27,370 bases of DNA from Candidatus Poribacteria bacterium (lineage in GTDB: Bacteria > Poribacteria > WGA-4E > UBA9662), in the NCBI GenBank assembly GCA_046582655.1, contig JAYGDX010000179.1, positions 1-27,370 of the forward strand. The letters run 5' to 3'. The translations under genes were made by a program, and so were the position numbers. The notes beneath the pieces are model-generated. The model saw nothing but the letters and a program-made list of their open reading frames with translations. It had not been told where the DNA came from and ran no database searches. The first letter of the stretch is position 1, and every line of letters starts with the position of its first letter. Shown here piece after piece: positions 7,673 to 16,148 of this stretch.

Positions 7673-10040
7673 CTACTTGCTCTCCCATTGGATCACAATC
7701 TCCACCCCGTGACGTTTTGCGGCATGACGATATTTTACCATCAAGACAGATCGCTCGGGGTTCCACTCCCAGGTGACCAGTTGGTCGTTCGCCGTCACCA
7801 CATCTCTCGCTGAAGCAGACACGGGAACTCCCTGAGGAAGATAGATCGCACTCACCCCAGCGTCTGAAAAGGTCCCGTCGCATGAAACTTAAGTTGTCGC
7901 GATCTTTGTTCAATGTTCGCGATCCGTGAGCCACTATACAAGAGCGTTGGCTGTTTGGGCAATGGATCGACTTGGTATAAGAATGCGTATTCACCCGTAT
8001 CGAGACGTTTCCTCTCGATCAACGGCAGTTCTGCATCGAAGAGGTTAATGGCCGGCCCTTCCAGGAGAACGTTGTCTTGCGTGGCATAGGCGACGGTGTA
8101 GGGACCTCGCTGCTGAGAAATGCGATCCCGTGCCTGCCACGCACCCCCATCCCAGCGACTCAGATATTTGGCAACACTTCGAATCACGTTTGTCCCAAAC
8201 CGTGACCGTGCCAAGCCTTCTGGTGAGATGCCGCAATACAACACTCTCCCTCGGCCAACCCGTTGTTCAAAGACAACTGTCGCCCCCCACTTTCTGGGTT
8301 CCATAAATCACCTCGGCAAGCCGCACCCGTTAGTGGAACGCCTTGGAGAACGCGTTAGCCTACCGAGTGGCGGGCCCGTTTTGCCTACCATGTGCGTTCT
8401 GCCGAGGTGATTTAGGGAACCCAGAAAGTGGGGGGCGGAATGCATACGCGTTCCCTGCAGTTCGACACCGATTTCTTTCAAGAACTCGTCTTCCGGCCGT
8501 GTGCTTGGAAGACAAACCAGGGAGCCTCCCTCCTGGACCCATTTTGCGAGCGCTGCCCGCTCAGTCCTCGAGAGAGGCAGCCAGTTAAAAATTACACGAT
8601 AAGGCTCGAGGAAACTGGCCTCGCCGACCCGTTCCAGGGGTAGCACATCGATCGGCACCCCATCCCGAAGCATCGTGACGCCAATGCCCATATGCCCTGT
8701 GATGACCTCCTCTAAGTCGGCGTTCTCCCACAACATGGCATCCGACCACCAACATGGCATAGGAAGTCCCCAGATAGCTTGGATAGTTCCGCAGATCCCG
8801 CATTCCCTGAATGACCGCGAGAAAACTCGTTTGCTGTTCTTGAGACGCCTCCTGTACAAAAAAACGATCGGGCCAAGGCCACCTCGAAACTGGCGACATT
8901 CAATAGCGACGACGCAACCACGGTCTGTTCGTACCAGCGTCGATACGTTTGCCAAGGAAAGCCTTCCGAATCACTTTTAGGATCCTGCAAAACGATAAGC
9001 TCTTTCTTCGTGCCACGCAGCAGGTTTTGAAAATAGTTGTACTCCAGAAAAGCCTTCTGAAAGACCGCTTCCACATCCTCTCCATCGCGCGTCGGATCGG
9101 TCATTTCACTACGCGCCGTGTCTGACCAGACCTGGGCAATATAACCGTCGACTTCCGGAAGTTCCGCGACCCCCGCATGCGGAAAGACCATGGGATTGAT
9201 CGCGGAGTCAAAAGGGCTGTGAGCTGCAACGAGACACTTCACTTGTGGGTCACAGGTATCAGCGTATTTAAAGAGATCGCGGAGGTGGTTTTGGTAAAGC
9301 AAGGCCATCAGACGCCGGGCCCTCCAACGGGACTTGGCATTCGGCTGCAGGATCGACCCACGGAGTTCCATACTCCGTTGTCCAGGTCGCTTTAAAGACA
9401 AGGCTATAACCCGCCGTGGAAAAAAACTCCGGCTCCTCCGCGACAATGGCATTGGCACCAGCGCGGATGGATCGTTTTACAAAAGCTTTCTGATACCGTT
9501 GCCAATGCGGGTTGGGAACCAAATAGGCTCCTTCATCAAACATCCCAAAGTCACTACCGTCAGCGGCGCGTTGAATCTTATCTCGATGCGGCAGACCGTC
9601 ATACTTCCCCGTCACGTAAGCTCCGGTGTAATCTTGGCTACTATTGAACATTACCCACGGCTCGTAACCCTGAGCTACCCAAGACTCAATCTGTCCCTCG
9701 ATGTCCGTCGTGTGATCTTCGAAATAGATGATGACCACATCCGTGGCAAGATCCCAACGATCGTCATATCCGCCAAGTATCTGAAACGAGGTCGTCGGAC
9801 GCTGTCCCTCTGGCTCGGTTTAACGTTTTCTCTCGACTGCCGTTCATTCCTCTCCTGCGGGCGCGATCGCGGACTTCTAGCAGATGTCTCTTGTCTCCAA
9901 GAACCCCTGTCGATCGGTTCGAGAGCCTGCGCCATACACGCGCTTGGCAACAGGCTGCAGACGAGCCCTAACAGGCCCTTACCTCTTCGCTTTTTGTCAC
10001 GCCATTTATTTTTTGAATGGCCAACCGATTTTGAAAACAT
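7673..10040 (-). pseudogene. Large secreted glycoside-hydrolase-like protein (putative TIM barrel plus beta-galactosidase-trimerisation/GATase-like domain), fragmented
   Basis: Consecutive ORFs 9675-10052 (signal-peptide-like), 9268-9738 (AEEPEFFSTAGYS..YGTPWVDP), 8712-9458 (VDGYIAQVWSDTAR), 8585-8899 (PWPDRFF), 8308-8955 (AALAKWVQEGGSLV), 7852-8304 (VGRGRVLY) and 7673-7855 join into one protein by single-base shifts. The start position is uncertain and the function is inferred. Confidence 0.6.
8281..8437. repeat. 38-bp inverted repeat (8281-8318 / 8400-8437, one mismatch) around an 81-bp spacer
   Basis: Left arm CGCCCCCCACTTTCTGGGTTCCATAAATCACCTCGGCA. The reverse complement of the right arm is identical except at the 8303/8415 pair. 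Confidence 0.97.
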
Positions 10041-10063
10041 AACCTGCCACAATAGTATTCGGA

Positions 10064-11172
10064 TTATTGTACCCGATAATGATTAACTTTATCTTCGTCT
10101 AACTCTACACCTAATCCAGGACGTTCAAAAGGCCGAGCCTCCCCTCCTTTTATTGGTAGATCCTGACACAGGATGCTTTCCTCGTAATAAAACGGGCCAA
10201 TGATATCACAGGGAATCTGGTCAGGATTAATGCCGGGTGTGGACATCGCCAGATGAATCATAGCCGAACTAGCGATTCCCATCTCCAGATTACTTCCGAC
10301 AGTGCAGGTCAACCCCGCTGCTTCAGCCACCGCGGCAATCTTTCGTGCCGAGCCGATACCTCCACCTTTACCCACATAAACAGAAATGACATCAGCTGCC
10401 TTAGCCTTAACAACGGTCATCGCGTCTTGCAAACTGAACACGCTTTCGTCAGCCATTATCGGCAGGTTAACTTGACTGCGCACGTCAGCTAACCACGTCA
10501 CATCCAGTGCGGAAACCGGTTGCTCAACAAATTGAATATCAAACTCGCACAACCTTTGAATGGTTTGAATCGCCGTGCTGGATGACCAGCCGCCGTTGGC
10601 ATCCACCCCTAATTTAATTTTCTCCCCAATTGCTTCCCGTACCGCACGTACACGCAAAATATCGGTTTCGGGTTCAAGTCCAACTTTAACTTTCATGGCT
10701 TGGAATCCGATGCTGACTGCCCAGCTAGCGATTTCCGCTGCTTTCTTTGGTTCTGTGCCCGAAACTGAAAACTTAGTGGCGACGAAATCTCGAACTGGAC
10801 CGCCTAGTAAGCGGTATATGGGTAACCCAACAGATTTCCCCAATATGTCCCATAGTGCCATCTCCAATGCTGATTTGGTGAAAGGATTACCAACAATGGC
10901 AGCACTGATTTTCAGGGTTAGCCATTCTATCTCTGTGGGGTCCTTTCCAATGAGTAGCGGGGCGAAGATATTTTTGATGTAGTGTGTAGAGGTAATGTGA
11001 TCTTCTCCGCTCCAAACATGATCACAAGAGACTTAATAATTCCATCATCCGTAAAGATCTTGACAATAACGAAGGTAGACGAGTTCCTGTTACTACCAAG
11101 ACTTGAAACAATTGCTAAATTTGGTTTTTTCTGGATTCGAATGGGGATAGTTTCAATATGAGTGATATTCAT
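10064..11172 (-). pseudogene. Enolase superfamily, muconate cycloisomerase/dipeptide epimerase subgroup; frameshifted by a small deletion
   Basis: N-terminal piece ITHIETIPI..VIVKIFTDDGII. A second frame gives VSCDHVWSGED..LIGKDP..KSALEMALWDILGK, KVKVG, DAN, EQP, ADES and PGLG. The conserved GxGE is missing at ~11035 (about 10 nt lost). Confidence 0.85.
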
Positions 11173-11266
11173 AATTTCATCTTAGACAATTAGAGTAAAT
11201 TGCTGCGGTGTGGGTATGGAATGAATATGACGATAATTGACTTAATCATCTGTGTACGTCAAAGAG

Positions 11267-12598
11267 CTAGTTCCACCAGCGTTTGGCTTCATCAGCAATT
11301 TCGTTCTCCAAAGGCACACGGCAAGTACGACGAGCCCTCCGGATACCGGGAGCAGAGAGCATGGGTCCCCCCCAGTAATGAGGACTTGGTTTTTGTGACA
11401 AATCTACAGTGACTAGAATCATTCGTTTGTCTGGATCTCGGTGATATTCCAGAATTGCATTATTCGGTGAGAATCGTGTCTCATCGATTTCATCCTCTCC
11501 GGCTTGATTGCCGCCAGAGTCCCAAACACCAGCTGGACAATTGAGACTACTCGCTGCAATAACCAAACTGTTATCGGAGGCACGAGCGTACATCAGTTCA
11601 CGGTAATATCCAGCATTGGGTAGAAGAAGCAGTTCTGCCCCTTTATAGCCTAGCAATCTTGCTGTTTCCGGAAACCAACTGTCATAACAAATTATAATCC
11701 CTACCTGACCGAAATCTGTTTGAAAAACGGGTAACCCAACACCAGGTGTTACCCCAAGATCTAATTCTGGATCATAGAGCATATTCTTGTCATAGATCCC
11801 AACCAATTTTCCTTGTCGATCGAAAAGCGGCGCTGAATTGAAAACCAAATCGCCTTCCTGTCGGGCGAAGGTGCCGCAGACATACATTTCCCACTGTCTG
11901 GCTTTTTCAGCCATAAATTGACCAGTAGGCCCATCAACAGGCTCAGGCACAGGTGGGTCGGACGCATTCTCCTGTAAAAGATTACAGAATTCGGGAAGCA
12001 GCGCAATGTCGGCTCCTGAATTCCCGGCCGTGTCCAAGTATTGCCTCCATCGCTTAAAATCCCCCCACCCCCAACAGCAGGCAATACGTACCAGGCGAGG
12101 TGGAGTTGGATCACATTTCTGAAGGTCTACCTCCTCCCACCAAACCTTACCGTTTGGGCTAAAACGAAAATAAAGCCGGATCTCCGCATCAACAGGTTGA
12201 TCATAAGTGGCAAAACAATTTTCGCCGACAATCTGGTTTCCCTCTCGTTCATAGCTGAAGATGCCGTTGTTAAAGCCAGGTCCGAAAATACCATGTACTA
12301 AATGTTGATTTAGGTCTTCTAAGTCTTCACATCGGAATCTCACTTTCAGTTGATAGGCTTGTTGGGCTTCAAGATGCAGCCGCCGATAAGCATAGCCGAA
12401 ACATGCGTTTCGCCCATTGCCCGTTGCCATTAGAGCATGTCTGCCGTGTTCTATTTCAACCAGAGAGAAGCTTGGTGCTATAACTGGGTTTGGCAACACC
12501 TTTGACCATCCAGTTGGCATCCCCCCAATTTCACCACTTGAAAAATTACCGTTTCCAATCAGGTTGTTTCGTCGTTCAGCACTCATCTGTTTATACAA
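11267..12598 (-). CDS. Carbon-nitrogen hydrolase (nitrilase superfamily) with N-terminal CBM-like beta-sandwich
   Basis: E-K-C triad motifs ALLPE, FNSA, YDK and IICYDSWFPE. The N-terminal NLIGNGNF...PTGW...GKVWWEEVDL resembles CBM4/9-type modules. Confidence 0.88.
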   Translation of the reverse strand: MYKQMSAERRNNLIGNGNFSSGEIGGMPTGWSKVLPNPVIAPSFSLVEIEHGRHALMATGNGRNACFGYAYRRLHLEAQQAYQLKVRFRCEDLEDLNQHLVHGIFGPGFNNGIFSYEREGNQIVGENCFATYDQPVDAEIRLYFRFSPNGKVWWEEVDLQKCDPTPPRLVRIACCWGWGDFKRWRQYLDTAGNSGADIALLPEFCNLLQENASDPPVPEPVDGPTGQFMAEKARQWEMYVCGTFARQEGDLVFNSAPLFDRQGKLVGIYDKNMLYDPELDLGVTPGVGLPVFQTDFGQVGIIICYDSWFPETARLLGYKGAELLLLPNAGYYRELMYARASDNSLVIAASSLNCPAGVWDSGGNQAGEDEIDETRFSPNNAILEYHRDPDKRMILVTVDLSQKPSPHYWGGPMLSAPGIRRARRTCRVPLENEIADEAKRWWN

Positions 12599-12637
12599 TC
12601 TACTTTTTAGCTACATCTGCTACTTGGGATTGGTTTC

Positions 12638-13474
12638 TCAGCATGGCTCTGCGGGAAACAAGCTAGATCTTACCTCGTCAATACCCAGATCACATCGTTC
12701 TCGATTTAAAAAAATACTGACTTTTGTATATCCGACATCGCTTAGTGTGTCTAGAGCCTCTTCAAAATTAGCCGCCACCCGGTATGGATGGTGAGCATCT
12801 GCTCCAACAACTACTGGAATATTGCGTTTATGCATTTCTTCCAACATAAATCGTCCCGGATTCATCTCAGGCACCGATTTGTGAAGTCCAGAGGTGTTCA
12901 ATTCCATAGCCACTCCTGTAGCGGCGACTCGATCTAGACACTTGCAAATATCTTCAGCTATACGACCTACGTTCCATTCAAGTGGATCAACACTTTTCAC
13001 CAGATCAGGATGGGATAAGGTATCAAATAATTTTGTTTCCGCTGCCATAGCTAAATGTTCGAAATAGACACGCTGAAAAGCTAGAATATTGCCGCTAAAA
13101 TAGAGATCTTTGTAATATTGAAGGTGCGGATGAACAGACCCGAGTATATAATGAAATTCCTCTATTTGATGCAGCTCTTCCAGCCAGGATTCTATATCGG
13201 GCACATAATCACTTTCTAAACCAAGTCTAACATCAATTTTATCATTCCACGTTTGTTGAGCATGTTCCACAATTGTCACATACTCATCCAATTGATTCAG
13301 ATCCATACGCACATTAGATGACCATCCGTTTTTCATCGGATTGTGACAGGTGACAATGATTCCTTTCAATCCACGACGGTAGGCAACCTCAGCATAGTCC
13401 TCAGGCATACCCATCGCGTGCTTACACAGAGGTGTGTGCATGTGTGATTCATAGAATATCGGATTTGTCTGCAA
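12638..13474 (-). CDS. Histidinol-phosphatase HisJ family (PHP domain) protein
   Basis: Motifs HMHTPLCKHA, TCHNP, LGLESDY, LGSVH, SHPDLVK, ELNTSG and GADAH. Likely TTG start at 13474 (the ORF track extends to 13537). Confidence 0.9.
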   Translation of the reverse strand: MQTNPIFYESHMHTPLCKHAMGMPEDYAEVAYRRGLKGIIVTCHNPMKNGWSSNVRMDLNQLDEYVTIVEHAQQTWNDKIDVRLGLESDYVPDIESWLEELHQIEEFHYILGSVHPHLQYYKDLYFSGNILAFQRVYFEHLAMAAETKLFDTLSHPDLVKSVDPLEWNVGRIAEDICKCLDRVAATGVAMELNTSGLHKSVPEMNPGRFMLEEMHKRNIPVVVGADAHHPYRVAANFEEALDTLSDVGYTKVSIFLNRERCDLGIDEVRSSLFPAEPC

Positions 13475-13717
13475 AACCTGTTTCCAAATCTTAGAATGGA
13501 TTCTTAAACAGTCGAAAGCGAAAAAGAAAATCCGCATTTCGTGATATACATGTCACCGATGGTCATTCCAAGTGGTTTATTATGTCCAGAAGTTGGCATT
13601 CTGGATTGTTGCTCTTAAACCCCGAATCATACTATATTCCGAACCTCTAGAATTGTATCCTATAATTCGCCTAATAAAAAAGAACACTCAAGTTTCAAAT
13701 GTAAAAGGTAGAGTTAG

Positions 13718-14527
13718 TTAGGCGTCATCCAGAGGTGAAGGTACGTTGTCTTGGCAATAAACGGACCGAAAAAGTGTCTGGCGTTTGAACGGCATCTTTG
13801 ACAGATGTTCCGGATGAGGTTCCCATCTGTGCCATTTGTTTCCTACGGTGTTATAACAATTGAATATCGCAACTCGATCGAATTGTTCGTCAGCCCACCG
13901 GGCACCGGTATGAGTAATAGCCTCAGTGAAAAACAGGACGGTTCCTGCTAGACAGGAATAGTTGTCCCAGAGCGGGCAGTCACGATCTTTTGTTGAAGCT
14001 GGGGTGGGAAAAGCGGCTTTATGACTTCCGCTTAGAAACATAGTACCTCCACGTCCTTTTGTGACAGGATTCAGTTCCCACACCACGCGTGTAAGTCCGC
14101 TGTGTGCTTTATCATATCGCAAGTGATAAGTATGAGAATTACCGGGAAAATTTAACATTCCGCGTCCTCCATGAGGGCTAAAATTATCATGACCTTTAGA
14201 TCGGATTGTCAGAAAAGAACCTTCGAACCGAAAGCCATAACAATTTTCACTGGCGTATCCAGAGGCCACAAATTCATTCATAAACCCAACCACCAGTGGG
14301 TGATCCGTTAGCTTCTCTAAAGGCCCACCAATTGATGATCTATGGTATTCGGGGATTGACTCCTTTTCTTTTTGCAATCGGTAACAAAAATCACGCATTT
14401 CCAATATTTCGTCATCGCTTAGCACACTAGGAATCGCTATCCATCCTTTGGTATCGAATATATATTTTTGGTCCTCGGTAAATTCAACGATCGGTTTCTG
14501 GTCAGCGTTAGTTGTAGTTACAGCCAT
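13718..14527 (-). CDS. PhyH-family Fe(II)/2OG dioxygenase-like protein with H-G-G in place of H-x-D
   Basis: QKYIFDTKGWIAIPSVLS, SPHGG, VVWEL..V..G.GGT.FLSGSHK, GTVLFFTEAITH and a downstream Arg (DRVAIF). Confidence 0.85.
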   Translation of the reverse strand: MAVTTTNADQKPIVEFTEDQKYIFDTKGWIAIPSVLSDDEILEMRDFCYRLQKEKESIPEYHRSSIGGPLEKLTDHPLVVGFMNEFVASGYASENCYGFRFEGSFLTIRSKGHDNFSPHGGRGMLNFPGNSHTYHLRYDKAHSGLTRVVWELNPVTKGRGGTMFLSGSHKAAFPTPASTKDRDCPLWDNYSCLAGTVLFFTEAITHTGARWADEQFDRVAIFNCYNTVGNKWHRWEPHPEHLSKMPFKRQTLFRSVYCQDNVPSPLDDA

Positions 14528-14556
14528 AAAAGTACCTTCTTAATATATTTCCATTT

Positions 14557-15244
14557 TTAATGATATTGTTCTAAATCTCCTTGGTATGGCAAACCAAGGA
14601 GATCACGGGATCTCTCCACGTTGCAGATTGCATCAGCCTCAGTTGTGCCGACAATATGAAAGATATCAAAGTCTATCGATTCGGATTCAACAGCCAACCG
14701 ACACGCTTCTGCGAGATCATGACGACAGACCCATTCATTACGAACTTGAGCACCATCGGAACCTAGTTTTTCACGATGCCTTCCTATCCTCAAACGACTA
14801 TCCACGATGTCATCCGGACACAAGACAATAATCCGCGATCCATAAGCATCGTGAAACTGGCGGCACATTTCTTCTTAGAGACGTTTTGTGACAGGATATA
14901 GCCCACCATCAGGTCTCCTCACATCAGAAGAAAAAAACACACCATTGGGATGAACTACTTGGCAAGAACCTATTATGAACGATACGTGGTATCTGACGCT
15001 GACGGGCAGACTCAAGTACATTCCAAAGCCCTTTTAGATTGATCAAGAAAGGCTTTTGATCGTTCACCACATAAGCATCGGGATCTCTTGAGGCATAAAC
15101 GGCAAGGTGCACTATTGCATCCATATTACCAGTAGCGTTGTGAACATCGTCTAAAGTCGACAATATCGCCATTGATAATTTCACCATGTTTCCATTTTTC
15201 TTCGATCGGCTGCCACTCAGAACTGCTCTTCCCGTCCAGCCCGC
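14557..15244 (-). pseudogene. NAD-dependent epimerase/dehydratase family protein, heavily decayed
   Basis: Remnants AGWTGRAVL (Rossmann motif with the start codon region lost), EIINGDIVDF, DAIVHLA, NLKGLWNVLESA, YPVTK, KRL*EEM (TAA 14875-14877) and WVCRHDLAEAC. There is an internal deletion after AVL and +1 shifts near 15150 and 14975. Confidence 0.85.
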
Positions 15245-15245
15245 T

Positions 15246-15998
15246 TTACTTCCACTCAAGGGCGTAGGCATTGTCTACCGGTTGATAGCCGAGAACACGC
15301 CGTGTTTCACTCAAATCCCATTTCATGCCAGAGTTATCCGACATGGCGTTCAGAACGGCAAAAGATACATTTTCTGCCAAGATTGCTTTTTCAACAACTT
15401 GGCAATAATCTTGATTACTCAACCACATCTTTCTACCCCAATCGCCCATATGATCGCCAGGATTATTCTCTCCTGACTGCGTCCAGCCGATTCGCAGGCT
15501 GATGAATGATAGACCATGTCGTTCAGCGTAATTTTTACCGATTCGTTCGCCCATTAGCTTAGTTGTACCATATGGATTACCAGGATGAGGTGGTGTATCG
15601 GGTTTCAGCACCTCATCCTGGTCTTTGTATCCACCCATAGTATGGTTTGAACTGGCGAAAATAAAGCGTTTGGCGCCGTAAGCAACTGCTGCTTCAAAGG
15701 TGTTTAATAAAAGATCCATGTTTAGCTTAACGAGTGATTGCCACGCAGCTCCTGGACTCGGATCTGCTGCCATGTGAACGATAGCATCAACCCCCGCGAA
15801 ATGACGTGCCCATTCATCGTTGTAAACACTGAGATCCGCTTGCATAATTGCTGCATCGCCTCTCGGATTACGGCTCATCAGAACCAGATTGTAATTCCCT
15901 TGTTCTTCGAGATGGTACCGGATCTTTGTGCCCAAGTTACCCATTGTTCCAGTAATTAAAACTTTTTTCGGTCTGACATATTCGCTATCCTCTGACAT
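15246..15998 (-). CDS. NAD-dependent epimerase/dehydratase (uronate dehydrogenase-like extended SDR)
   Basis: Motifs VLITGTMGNLG, DAIVHMAA, FIFASSNH, YGTTK, LRIG and WLS..D. Confidence 0.9.
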   Translation of the reverse strand: MSEDSEYVRPKKVLITGTMGNLGTKIRYHLEEQGNYNLVLMSRNPRGDAAIMQADLSVYNDEWARHFAGVDAIVHMAADPSPGAAWQSLVKLNMDLLLNTFEAAVAYGAKRFIFASSNHTMGGYKDQDEVLKPDTPPHPGNPYGTTKLMGERIGKNYAERHGLSFISLRIGWTQSGENNPGDHMGDWGRKMWLSNQDYCQVVEKAILAENVSFAVLNAMSDNSGMKWDLSETRRVLGYQPVDNAYALEWK

Positions 15999-16010
15999 AT
16001 TCGCTATCCT
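15972..16010. repeat. Perfect 19-bp tandem duplication covering the RBS and start codon of the epimerase
   Basis: TCTGACATATTCGCTATCC at 15972-15990 and 15991-16009. Confidence 0.95.
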
Positions 16011-16148
16011 TTGAATAGTATATTCAACAAATTTTCTACTATTACATACTAAATTTTATTCTAAATTAAGGATCTATTTGGCCAGTAACCGCAATTTTTT
16101 TGCCGATCAGAGTGCCTTTCTTATGCATTTGTTTTGTTCTTTTAAAGC

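Larger units (their letters stand above)
2960..10050. other. Higher-GC foreign block (candidate decayed genomic island or assembly chimera)
   Basis: Spot counts of 60-nt lines gave 45-67% GC inside versus 33-52% outside. The left edge is abrupt and cuts a gene at ~2960. No integrase, tRNA or flanking direct repeat was seen. Confidence 0.6.

Noticed and set aside
8281..8437. MITE or IS remnant interpretation of the inverted repeat
   Set aside because: No target-site duplication flanks the arms, there is no second copy in the window, and both the spacer and one arm can be read as the host gene's own coding sequence. It is not fully excluded without a genome-wide search.
1282..14877. Stop-codon reassignment or selenocysteine/pyrrolysine readthrough to explain in-frame stops
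   Set aside because: The internal stops are of all three types, fall at inferred Trp, Arg, Ser and Gln positions, and mostly co-occur with frameshifts. All three codons also terminate intact genes here.
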